Virus record (IMG/VR): IMGVR_UViG_3300003375_000006
Coordinates: 1 to 36,576 of that record
Length of the DNA: 36,576 nt
Direction: 5' to 3' (one strand)
DNA from: a virus
The translations under genes and the position numbers were made by a program. The notes under the pieces are model-generated. The model saw only the letters and a program-made list of their open reading frames with translations. It did no database searches and was not told the DNA's origin. Positions 24,117 through 32,811 of this stretch are shown here, one piece after another. How positions within the stretch are numbered: position 1 is the stretch's first letter; each line of letters begins with the position of its first letter.

Positions 24117-25916
24117 TTAATTGTATTTGGTAATTACTGCTCCAACATCGACGTTTGCTGTTCCTGTTCCATTAATTACAAACACTCCAATAGCTGATCC
24201 AGCGAGACAGCGAATAATTGTTGGTGTGGCACTGTAATCACCTGTGGTTGTTTCACTTGGAATAATATCAACCGCTTTTCCAACATTGTTTTCATCGGTA
24301 TAAGTTATTTCGTATTTAAGATCTGCACCTCCCGAAATTGAGTTAATATTCATGTAACCCCCAACCTGATAAGTTGTTGTAGTTGCTGGTACAGTAACGT
24401 TTGTTACTACAATAGAACCTACTGCAATTCCTTGATTTATGAGATTTACATTTGAAGGTACCGTTGAATCAGGTAAATTCCATCCGAGATTTCCTGAACC
24501 ATCATTAGTAAGGATTGAGCCTTGTGCTCCTTGCGCTCCTGGCCATCCATAATTTATTCCAGCAATTCTTGTCTGGTTGATTGTATCTTTGAGAGAGAAT
24601 GTATTACTAAAACTACAATCTGCGCCTTGTCCAAGACACACAGAGTTTGATACTCCGGCACCAACAGAAATTCCTTGACCAATAGCAACAGTTCCAGTAC
24701 CTTCCGATGTTATAATTCCATTTCCAATATAAACACCATTTACAGTATCTCCTGAACCATCAATGGTACTATCAGAACCAATAAATACGTTTTGATATAC
24801 CTGATGTGTATTATCTACTGAACCATTCATTGACTGATAACCAACAGCAACGTTTGAATATCCTTCAACAACTCCTGGCATTGCTGCAAAACCAACTGCT
24901 GTGTTTCTTGAGTATGCGCCACCAAGACCAGAGTCAGTTCCTAAACTATAAAGTGATTGTCCTCCCAAAGCAGTGTTTGCATAACTACCATCGTATCCAG
25001 GGCCTCCTGGTGTTGTGTTACCAAGAGCATAGTAACCGAATGAAGCGTTTCCGTTTGAAAAATAACCTTCTGTCCAACCGATAAGTCCTGCTCCTCCTGG
25101 TGCATTTTGAAACGTCCAGTTACCTGAGCCATCTGTAGTAAGTACTTGACCTGATGTTCCATCTGTTGTTGGAAAATTAAACGTTGATGTTCCCTGACCA
25201 ATATGTATACCCGCGTTATTTACATAAATAGAATTAACATTTCCATAAATATCTTGATTTTGAAGTGCTGCAAGATTTTTATTTGGATCAGCATCATTAA
25301 CCTGAGAAAGAAGTCCACTGTAAGTGTTGTTGTTTCCATCAACAGCTTGTACAAACGCTTGTCCGTTTAAAAGTTCTAAGTTGGTACTAATTTCACCTCC
25401 TGTTCCGTTTTGAGTAGAAGCGGTGTACTGATATCCACCTAGTCCATCTGGTTCAGCTAATGTAATTGCTTGATTATTTGACGTGAAATTAATTAGTCCA
25501 TTTACTGATCCATATGTACCAGAACCTCCAATTGCTGATAAATCAAAATCTCCATTTACAAGAAAATCACCATTATCCATTTTGTAATAAGAACCAGAAC
25601 CAGGTATTCCTGTAATAGGGAATCCTGGGAAATCAGAACCTGAATAAAGACCCGTTACTCCTGGCTCATTGGTAAGGGTTTTTTTAAGTGTTGTGTTTCC
25701 AGTAGAAGGGTCAATGGTATGATCTGCATCAGCACCAAAAGAACCAGAATTGTTATATTGGATTCCTGTAAAAGGAACTGATGGATTACCAGCACCTCCT
25801 CCTCCACCTGTTGTAGGATTATAAATATATGCAGATGCTAAACCGGCACCTGTAAGTACAAGTGATCCTAAAATAAAACAAAATAGAATTTTTAAGAAAT
25901 TGTTGTACTTTTTCAT
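24117..25916 (-). CDS. large fibre-like protein with an N-terminal Sec signal peptide (predicted mature N-terminus YIYNP)
   Basis: MKKYNNFLKILFCFILGSLVLTGAGLASA|YIYNP.... Contains GQVLTTDGSGNWTF and GSILTNDGSGNLGW motifs, which are common in phage fibre proteins. 599 aa. Confidence 0.6.
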   Translation of the reverse strand: MKKYNNFLKILFCFILGSLVLTGAGLASAYIYNPTTGGGGGAGNPSVPFTGIQYNNSGSFGADADHTIDPSTGNTTLKKTLTNEPGVTGLYSGSDFPGFPITGIPGSGSYYKMDNGDFLVNGDFDLSAIGGSGTYGSVNGLINFTSNNQAITLAEPDGLGGYQYTASTQNGTGGEISTNLELLNGQAFVQAVDGNNNTYSGLLSQVNDADPNKNLAALQNQDIYGNVNSIYVNNAGIHIGQGTSTFNFPTTDGTSGQVLTTDGSGNWTFQNAPGGAGLIGWTEGYFSNGNASFGYYALGNTTPGGPGYDGSYANTALGGQSLYSLGTDSGLGGAYSRNTAVGFAAMPGVVEGYSNVAVGYQSMNGSVDNTHQVYQNVFIGSDSTIDGSGDTVNGVYIGNGIITSEGTGTVAIGQGISVGAGVSNSVCLGQGADCSFSNTFSLKDTINQTRIAGINYGWPGAQGAQGSILTNDGSGNLGWNLPDSTVPSNVNLINQGIAVGSIVVTNVTVPATTTTYQVGGYMNINSISGGADLKYEITYTDENNVGKAVDIIPSETTTGDYSATPTIIRCLAGSAIGVFVINGTGTANVDVGAVITKYN

Positions 25917-25920
25917 ATAG

Positions 25921-26331
25921 TTATTGTGAAGCTTCTACAGTAACGTTTGATGTACCTGTTTCTGTAATAGCGTTAATTGATCCAATGTATTGATTAAGAA
26001 AATTGATTTCGTATGAACCACCATTTGGGTTGATTCGAAGACCTTGGTTTGGAACAGCTGCACTTCCATTCATACTTAAATAAACAGGTTCTGTACCATC
26101 GTTAACAATAGCGGCATAAACACGACCTGATGATGCTGGCAACAAATTTACAGAACTAGTTGAAACACTAACACCTGTAGAAATGTTCATTTTGGTAATG
26201 TAATTTGAACCCCCTTGTTGTGCACTTGCAGTTGGAGTGTTTGAAAAATTCCAAGCAAAATGAATACCCACAATAAAGAGTGCAATGATAGCAATAATCG
26301 AAATTGAAGATAAATTAAAGATTTTTTTCAT
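25921..26331 (-). CDS. small secreted or anchored beta-rich protein
   Basis: MKKIFNLSSISIIAIIALFIVGIHFAWNFSNTPTASA|QQGG: signal peptide or anchor, followed by about 95 aa of beta-rich sequence. Confidence 0.55.
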   Translation of the reverse strand: MKKIFNLSSISIIAIIALFIVGIHFAWNFSNTPTASAQQGGSNYITKMNISTGVSVSTSSVNLLPASSGRVYAAIVNDGTEPVYLSMNGSAAVPNQGLRINPNGGSYEINFLNQYIGSINAITETGTSNVTVEASQ

Positions 26332-26403
26332 AGTGTTTATATTGAGGGTTGCTAATAGTTAACGACCCTATTCCGAGGGGTATAAACCCCCCGAGTAGAG
26401 TCA

Positions 26404-26847
26404 TTATCGCAATAATACGTAATTAACTGGACCAATAGTAGGAGTTGCAGTAGCACCTGAGACGTTTGAAAGCGTCATTGAGATGGTTCCTGATGTAGCA
26501 ACCGAAGCTGCTGAAATAACAAATCCGGCAGTTGAAGATCCAACACTAGCATTAGTTGATGTTACAACTACTTTGTCTCCTGCAAGTGCTTTAGGCACTG
26601 AACAGGTAACAGATTCACTGTGAGCGGTAGCAATACTTACTTGTCCAAGAACTGAACATTGTCCAAAATCAAGGTTTGTAAGCAAACTATTATCTTTTCC
26701 GATTACAATTCCATTGTAATACCAAGTTGGATAATTACTTACGGTAGCATCTCCAAGAGTTGCACTTTTATGAGTAAAACCAAGAATAATGAGAACAATA
26801 AGAGCTAACGCGACAATACCAGCGATTACTTTTTGAAGTGTAGTCAT
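26404..26847 (-). CDS. N-terminally membrane-anchored beta-rich protein
   Basis: MTTLQKVIAGIVALALIVLIILGF: a TM anchor, then a Ser/Thr/Val-rich ~120-aa domain. Confidence 0.55.
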   Translation of the reverse strand: MTTLQKVIAGIVALALIVLIILGFTHKSATLGDATVSNYPTWYYNGIVIGKDNSLLTNLDFGQCSVLGQVSIATAHSESVTCSVPKALAGDKVVVTSTNASVGSSTAGFVISAASVATSGTISMTLSNVSGATATPTIGPVNYVLLR

Positions 26848-26883
26848 GGTGTTGAGTTACCATTTACGGTAACTGATTAGCTA

Positions 26884-28278
26884 TTAAACAAAGGTGTTAA
26901 CTGGGTTTGTAGTGAACTGTGTAGTATTAATCTGAACGTCAACAAGCATTGGTGACTGATCATTGAATACTTTAATTCCATACGTCATCCATGTAACAAA
27001 GTCCCATCCGATACGACCTGAGTTACCTGAACCAGGAGCAGGATTTGACTGAACAATTTCAAGGAGTGGTCCATACTGGAGTACCACTGAAATTGATTTA
27101 GTAACCCCAAAGATGCAGTGCTGTTTCTGTTGTGTAGTTGTCCATACGTTTCCGGCAGCTGTCATAGACTGTGAAACTGGAACGTTTCCTTGTCCATTAG
27201 ACTGAACATTAACAATGGTGTTTGTTGTTCCGTTAACTGATGCAAAGAAGTTTCCTATTCCACCGTTTGATGGATTTCCAAAGAATTTCTTCTGTGTTGT
27301 TGTCAATGAACTGTAAACCAATGGATTATAAGTTGAACTTGATGTAAATGGAGCATTAAGTGCTGCAACAATGTTTGCAACTGTTGCAGAAGCTGATCCA
27401 CCAATCAAGATACTTCCCGCAGCTGATGCTGTGAGAGTTGATACCATTGTGAAGGTAATAACCTGACTTACTGGCGTTCCACCAATCACGTTATTAATTC
27501 CATAAAGGAATGAGAAGGTATCACCAGCTGTTGGATTTGTAGCAAGTGAAAGCTGTCCTGTCCAAGCAAGGTTGTTTGAGCAGTACAAGTTAAATCCAAA
27601 GTATTTACCAACATAACCAGAAATTGAAACATTATCCCCGAGTTCAGTTGTCTTACCTCCAAGGAATTGGAGCAAGATTGAATAGAACTGCGCAGAAATG
27701 ATAGCAACTGGCATGTTCTTTGTTCGGTCAAGCTTAAAGTCTCCTGTGAATTGTGCTGATGGATCATAAATCACGTTAGCCAATCGGAGAGCTTGTTCAG
27801 CTTGCGCACAAACTGCCATTACGTTTCCTACAGTAAGATTAATTCCGTTTCCAGGTACTCCACCAAGTGCTCCATCATCAACTACTGATCCTGCTCCTTG
27901 GAAAGCTGTACCAAGTACATCTGAATCCATTTGCAAAAAAAGTGCGTTCATTGACTGACGAGCGTAATGTTGCTGTTCTGGCTTGTCATACTGCAATTTA
28001 TCAAGCTTTTTAACATAGAATGAAGAATCTTTAACGTAGTTTACAGTCAAAGTTTCATCAGTATCTGTCCATGCTTGGTTGTTGTATCCACCATCTCCAC
28101 CCATGTTTTCAACAACAAAGTCTGATCCAAAGGTTCGGTGAAGGACCTGTCCTTTTTCAAGCATGTCTTTGAAAGATTCATCGGCGATGGCTTTATATGC
28201 GGGAACTTTCCAATGTACAATTTCGTACATTTCTTCCCATGTCTGTTTAAAATCTAGTGTGTTAGGATTGGGATTCAT
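26884..28278 (-). CDS. major capsid protein (by position and size)
   Basis: 464 aa, directly downstream of the acidic scaffold-like gene within the portal-scaffold-capsid order. Followed by a stem-loop. No family motif verified by eye. Confidence 0.55.
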   Translation of the reverse strand: MNPNPNTLDFKQTWEEMYEIVHWKVPAYKAIADESFKDMLEKGQVLHRTFGSDFVVENMGGDGGYNNQAWTDTDETLTVNYVKDSSFYVKKLDKLQYDKPEQQHYARQSMNALFLQMDSDVLGTAFQGAGSVVDDGALGGVPGNGINLTVGNVMAVCAQAEQALRLANVIYDPSAQFTGDFKLDRTKNMPVAIISAQFYSILLQFLGGKTTELGDNVSISGYVGKYFGFNLYCSNNLAWTGQLSLATNPTAGDTFSFLYGINNVIGGTPVSQVITFTMVSTLTASAAGSILIGGSASATVANIVAALNAPFTSSSTYNPLVYSSLTTTQKKFFGNPSNGGIGNFFASVNGTTNTIVNVQSNGQGNVPVSQSMTAAGNVWTTTQQKQHCIFGVTKSISVVLQYGPLLEIVQSNPAPGSGNSGRIGWDFVTWMTYGIKVFNDQSPMLVDVQINTTQFTTNPVNTFV

Positions 28279-28323
28279 AATTAGTACTATTTAAATTAAA
28301 AATTATAATTCCCATGAAACTGA

Positions 28324-29298
28324 TTAGATTCGATTATTTCCACCCTCTCGAAGAGAATTGCGTTTTGATTCAGCGATTCTCATCTCTTGGTCTCGGCGCA
28401 TAATGTCAGAGACAGGAGCGTCTTTTGTAAGAGGTTTTGAATCACTTGAACTATTAGAATCTCGGTAGGTCGCACCGCGAGTACGGCTTGTTTCCATACC
28501 TCGAACTTTTTTACCACCCACAAGTTCTTCGAATTTATCACGATTTTTATAGAAGATGTAACTAAGATCGTAAGGGTTTAACTTTCTTTTACCATCAATG
28601 TCGACGTATTCCACGCCTCCAATTCCTGGTGTATGTGAAAGAGTATACATAAGTTCTGCAACTTTTCGTGAATCTTCTTTACTTAAATTTGGATATTCTT
28701 TTCCAAGGTCTTTTTGGAAATCATTCCATTCTGAGTTATAAGATTCAATAAGTTGTTTCTCTGTATTTTTTGATTCAAACTTTTCAAGTTTTTCTTGAAG
28801 TGATTGAATAATTGGATCACTCTGACGTTTATTCAACTTTGCCATAATTTTTAACATTTTGGCAGCATTGTCTTTGTCATCAATACCAAGCTCCTTTGCA
28901 AGTTCTTCGGCAAGATCTGAATAATCATCATCAGAAACTTGCTCTACTTTATTACCAAGTGCTTTGGTGAGTGCATCCTTTAAAGCCTTATTTTCTTCTT
29001 TCAACTTCAATCGTTTTGCTTTTTCCTTATCTAAAAAAGATTTAGGAATTTTTTGGGGCTTATCATCATCGTCTTCCTCATCATCATGGGATTGATCATC
29101 ATCATCCTCATCTTGGTCGTCAGATTCTTCGTCTTCTACTGGAGGAACGAATTTGAAATCATCTTCATCGTTACCTCTAGTTTCTTCGACTTCTTCTTCC
29201 TCTTTAGGTTGAGGTGTGCGATCTTTTATTCTGTCGCCTGGGGGAATTTTCGAAATTTCGTCTTGTGCAAACTTTTCTGCTCGTTCATTTTCAGTCAT
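28324..29298 (-). CDS. scaffolding protein (highly acidic, helical)
   Basis: Start MTENERAEKF at 29296-29298. Long acidic run EEEEVEE...DEESDDQDEDDDDQSHDDEEDDDD, followed by Lys/Glu-rich helical sequence. Lies between the portal region and the capsid gene. Confidence 0.55.
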   Translation of the reverse strand: MTENERAEKFAQDEISKIPPGDRIKDRTPQPKEEEEVEETRGNDEDDFKFVPPVEDEESDDQDEDDDDQSHDDEEDDDDKPQKIPKSFLDKEKAKRLKLKEENKALKDALTKALGNKVEQVSDDDYSDLAEELAKELGIDDKDNAAKMLKIMAKLNKRQSDPIIQSLQEKLEKFESKNTEKQLIESYNSEWNDFQKDLGKEYPNLSKEDSRKVAELMYTLSHTPGIGGVEYVDIDGKRKLNPYDLSYIFYKNRDKFEELVGGKKVRGMETSRTRGATYRDSNSSSDSKPLTKDAPVSDIMRRDQEMRIAESKRNSLREGGNNRI

Positions 29299-29422
29299 AA
29301 TTAAACATTTTTTAGAGTGGCGCATACCACTTCCCGTTATTTATGCTTCGGCTGGGAACCGACAATGATGTCCGAATGACATCGAGTGAGCAATCAAACT
29401 TTCGTTTCATTGCTCTACCATG

Positions 29423-29827
29423 CTATTCGTCTTTTCGATCCAAGATGCACTGAGGAATCTGACGGTTGAAATCAGAAACCTTTTTAACCTCCTCAGCATT
29501 TGTTTTTGAATCAGAGTTCTGAACTTTAATGTGAGTGTTTGCTTTCTCAAAGTCATCAGCATACTGTTTGAAATTTTCACCATGAGTTTCACGTGAAAAT
29601 GTTCTTACAGAATAACCTCCTTTTGCCGTAACATTTCTAATTTTGAAATGAACTGCATTTGTCGGTGATGAATTTACAGAAACTTTTACTTCCTCGTCTT
29701 CCACTGATTCATCAGATGAGTCCTGAAATACTTCTGGGAACTGTGCGACAAGTGCCTTACCAGTAAGAGTTGAATTAAATTCAACACCAGCGAGATTCAA
29801 TTTTTCAATAATTTGTGATTTTGTCAT
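29423..29827 (-). CDS. protein with an N-terminal SAP/HeH-like motif
   Basis: MTKSQIIEKLNLAGVEFNSTLTGKALVAQF resembles the helix-extension-helix (SAP/Rho-N-like) motif often seen at phage protein N-termini. Confidence 0.45.
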   Translation of the reverse strand: MTKSQIIEKLNLAGVEFNSTLTGKALVAQFPEVFQDSSDESVEDEEVKVSVNSSPTNAVHFKIRNVTAKGGYSVRTFSRETHGENFKQYADDFEKANTHIKVQNSDSKTNAEEVKKVSDFNRQIPQCILDRKDE

Positions 29828-29837
29828 ACTTTTATAA

Positions 29838-29939
29838 TTATTTAGCGAATTTCTTTTTATTAGTAAATGCTCTGCCTTTAGGAATTTCTTTGTTTCCTTG
29901 TGCAGGTTTCACACGAGGCAACATTTTTTTATTTTTCAT
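29838..29939 (-). CDS. 33-aa basic miniprotein carrying the second copy of an RVKP..GNK.I..GRA motif
   Basis: My own translation: MKNKKMLPRVKPAQGNKEIPKGRAFTNKKKFAK*. The ATG lies 3 nt after the upstream stop. Confidence 0.35.
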   Translation of the reverse strand: MKNKKMLPRVKPAQGNKEIPKGRAFTNKKKFAK

Positions 29940-29942
29940 AAA

Positions 29943-30194
29943 TTATGCTTCGTATGCTCTACCTTGAGCAATTTGTTTATTGCCTTTTCCGGGTTTAACA
30001 CGTGCCAACAATTTCTTACTGTCTTTTTTACCTGGTTCAGATTTATATTTCTTTTCGTGTTTAGATTGCATAGATTTTCCTTTTGCCGTTTCCTTAGAAC
30101 CTTTCATAGCTCCTATGGAGTTCATAATTTTATAAGGAATTTTAGAATCCTTACCATATTGTGCTTTAAGTTTTCGTTCCAAGAATTTAGGCAT
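29943..30194 (-). CDS. 83-aa basic protein (MPKFLERKLKAQYG...) ending in the RVKP..GNK.I..GRA motif
   Basis: Start MPKF at 30192-30194 avoids overlap with the upstream 50-aa ORF. Lys-rich. Confidence 0.5.
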   Translation of the reverse strand: MPKFLERKLKAQYGKDSKIPYKIMNSIGAMKGSKETAKGKSMQSKHEKKYKSEPGKKDSKKLLARVKPGKGNKQIAQGRAYEA

Positions 30195-30198
30195 AAAG

Positions 30199-30351
30199 TT
30201 ATTTAGTCTTACCAAGACTTGCAATTACAGTATCTTTTTCGACACCAGCACCTTTTGAAATATATCCCCAATCAGCTGTTCCTTGCTTAGCACTTACAGA
30301 AGGATAATCACTTTTACTCTTGACTGGTTTGTATGACTTTGGTTGTTTCAT
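30199..30351 (-). CDS. 50-aa basic miniprotein
   Basis: My own translation: MKQPKSYKPVKSKSDYPSVSAKQGTADWGYISKGAGVEKDTVIASLGKTK*. Confidence 0.4.
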   Translation of the reverse strand: MKQPKSYKPVKSKSDYPSVSAKQGTADWGYISKGAGVEKDTVIASLGKTK

Positions 30352-30393
30352 ATAATTTAATATAAGCTACTTTTTAATTTACTACAAATAATT

Positions 30394-30402
30394 TGTGGAT
30401 AA
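30394..30402. promoter_or_regulatory. second perfect DnaA-box-like 9-mer (TGTGGATAA)
   Basis: Exact 9-mer in the 55-nt intergenic gap between 30407..30778 and 30199..30351. Confidence 0.25.
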
Positions 30403-30406
30403 GTTT

Positions 30407-30778
30407 TTATTCTAATCCATTTCTTTTTGCAATAGCTATGATTTGCTCATCGAGTTTTTGCAAATCTTCTTCTGAATCTTCACTTACTATATCAATATAC
30501 CACTTTGCCCATTCCATACAAGCGAAACATGCGGTTCTTTCTGCCTGAGACATAAATTCATCATGAATTACTCGTTCAAATGCAATAGAATATTTTGACA
30601 TTGCAGATCTAAGTAATTTCTGTGATATTTCATGTTCTCGATAGCTTTCAAGAAGAGGCGTATTGAAATATTTTTTTTCAATTTCTTCAAGCCATTCAAT
30701 TTCTTCTTTTAAATGATCAGGAAATTGAGAATATCTCAATTTTAAATCATCAATATGTTTTCTAATTTTTGGATTCAT
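30407..30778 (-). CDS. hypothetical head-module protein
   Basis: ORF track, 123 aa, 2 nt after the portal stop. Confidence 0.6.
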   Translation of the reverse strand: MNPKIRKHIDDLKLRYSQFPDHLKEEIEWLEEIEKKYFNTPLLESYREHEISQKLLRSAMSKYSIAFERVIHDEFMSQAERTACFACMEWAKWYIDIVSEDSEEDLQKLDEQIIAIAKRNGLE

Positions 30779-30780
30779 AA

Positions 30781-32799
30781 CTATTTATTAATATTTCCTT
30801 GTTTTTGCGCCATACTCATAGGAGATGGAGTCGGTGGTTGAGGCTGAGGTTGTGGTTGAGACTGTTGAGGATTTTGCTGGTCTTGAATTTTGTTAATTCC
30901 TTGTTTTTTAGCAATTAACATCATGTTTTGACTAATGATAGGCCCCATTGTTGTAATTAAATCTTGGAATTTCTTTTCCTTATCTTTAATTTTTTCCTCA
31001 TTATCAGTAATAAAGTTCATCATATAATCCAAGTAAGACATATCAGCACCGTGATAGATTGATGGTTCTTTACCGTTCAAAATCTGCTGAATTGCTTTTG
31101 AAGCCTGAGCAATTTGTTTTCGAGATGTATAGGATTTTGAACTTAATAGCAACTGAATATCTGCTTCATCAAACTGACCAACGTCTCGATAAATGGTTTC
31201 TTTTTCCAAATCAGTAAGGTTTGGATTTTTTGCAACCATATCGATGGCCTTTACTCGACTATCACGCTTCATGTTATCAATGTTTTCTTGTTCAGAACTT
31301 GAGGTTACTGAAATTCCAATATCTCCCAAATCTTTAAGTTCAATTCGTTTTAGATCAGCTGTATCAATAAATCCATTCTCTCCAAGGATTCGAACAGAAA
31401 CCTTTGGAGGCATGTGTTCTTTAAGTCCTTCCAAATAAAGCATTCCTAATCGAGAATAAGCCTCTTTAAACGAATCAGCACGGTATCCGATACGTTTAGC
31501 CATTTGTTGCTGTTGTGAAACGACTACAGACGGTTTAGCGTGTTCTGCGGGTGTTCCCATTGAAAGTGGATTAACCCCAACAAAACTTTGAACAATACTA
31601 ATCGTGAAATTAATCAAATCAACTGTTCCTTTAAGCTCAGCAGTTTGAAATTCGTAAATACCATCAGCTATTTTTCTTACACCGCCTGTATTTACTGGAA
31701 CAAGAGCATCCATTCGGTATTGAGCTTGATCAAGTTTTCCAACATCCGGGAACATTGCACGGTCATATGCTCGTGCGTTGAAGTTTTTCTTTTCACGATT
31801 GGTAAGCTCTTGGTTGTACATCGTGATAATTGCATCAGCAGGATAGTACAAATCATCAGCATAAGATTTTGACCAAAAGTTTTTGTGGTCTTCGTGAGTA
31901 GCCCATGATACCCAAGGATAAGCACCAGATGGGCAAATTTCTTTCCAAGGGCAACATCTAAGCCATATGCGGGAACAAGGTTCAAAAAGACAATACCATC
32001 GTTCTCCATCTTCGTAAGTAATAATAAACTCGCAAAGGTTATACGTTTTAGATCCTGTTACTGAATTGGTATCAACATCAAGATTTAATGCTTTAAATCG
32101 AACCAATCTATCTCCATACGTATTGTTTAAATCTTGTGAAAACTTATCAGAATATGCAAATGTAGATAATTTTTCTACTTGTTTTTGTTCGTAATAAGGA
32201 GATTTTAGGTCCGAAATAGTTTTAAAAATACCTTCTTGTCCTGCAAATAAATGGTTTTCTAGTTGTCCGCCTCCATAAGGTTGGCAGTGGAAATCTGAAT
32301 AGTTTACAACTTCGAGAAAGTTTTCATATTCGGGGTCACTCGTGGCAAAGTTTTTGAGAATACCACGTCCTGAAATAGTCGCGTTATAACGGTCTGTACG
32401 CGCTTTATAGTTCCAGTTGGCGTTAGGAGTCAAACTATCTCGTTCCGCTTCCCAATGGGCCTGAATTTTGGGAACTACGAGGTCTTGTGCAGGATTGAGA
32501 GAGTTATAACGAATCTGAATCTGGTCATTGAAGTCTGCAAGCAATGTATCAATCATTCCCGAAAATACTGGCAATGGAACGTTGAACATTTGTCGAAATT
32601 TCGGAGGAATAGCATTTCGATACATTGCTTCATACATGATCAATGTATTCATTCGAGGTTGTTTATATGTTTGTGAAGCCATCAACAAATCAAAACATAT
32701 CTGCGTGATATGGTCTTTTTTTGCGTCTCCTTCCAAATTAGGTTTGGTTGGAATAGACATTCCTTTTGCAATTATTTGTTCGTCTGTTAGTTTTGCCAT
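30781..32799 (-). CDS. portal protein (by position and size), with a Q/P-rich C-terminal tail
   Basis: 672 aa, immediately downstream of terL. C-terminus QQNPQQSQPQPQPQPPTPSP. Confidence 0.65.
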   Translation of the reverse strand: MAKLTDEQIIAKGMSIPTKPNLEGDAKKDHITQICFDLLMASQTYKQPRMNTLIMYEAMYRNAIPPKFRQMFNVPLPVFSGMIDTLLADFNDQIQIRYNSLNPAQDLVVPKIQAHWEAERDSLTPNANWNYKARTDRYNATISGRGILKNFATSDPEYENFLEVVNYSDFHCQPYGGGQLENHLFAGQEGIFKTISDLKSPYYEQKQVEKLSTFAYSDKFSQDLNNTYGDRLVRFKALNLDVDTNSVTGSKTYNLCEFIITYEDGERWYCLFEPCSRIWLRCCPWKEICPSGAYPWVSWATHEDHKNFWSKSYADDLYYPADAIITMYNQELTNREKKNFNARAYDRAMFPDVGKLDQAQYRMDALVPVNTGGVRKIADGIYEFQTAELKGTVDLINFTISIVQSFVGVNPLSMGTPAEHAKPSVVVSQQQQMAKRIGYRADSFKEAYSRLGMLYLEGLKEHMPPKVSVRILGENGFIDTADLKRIELKDLGDIGISVTSSSEQENIDNMKRDSRVKAIDMVAKNPNLTDLEKETIYRDVGQFDEADIQLLLSSKSYTSRKQIAQASKAIQQILNGKEPSIYHGADMSYLDYMMNFITDNEEKIKDKEKKFQDLITTMGPIISQNMMLIAKKQGINKIQDQQNPQQSQPQPQPQPPTPSPMSMAQKQGNINK

Positions 32800-32811
32800 A
32801 GGTTTAATGTA

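Noticed and set aside
28324-29325. MRHSKKCLI extension of the scaffold ORF, and the similar MQVLVRLNNF extension of 29943..30224
   Set aside because: Downstream ATGs (29298 and 30194) remove overlaps with structured or coding upstream sequence and give typical N-termini.
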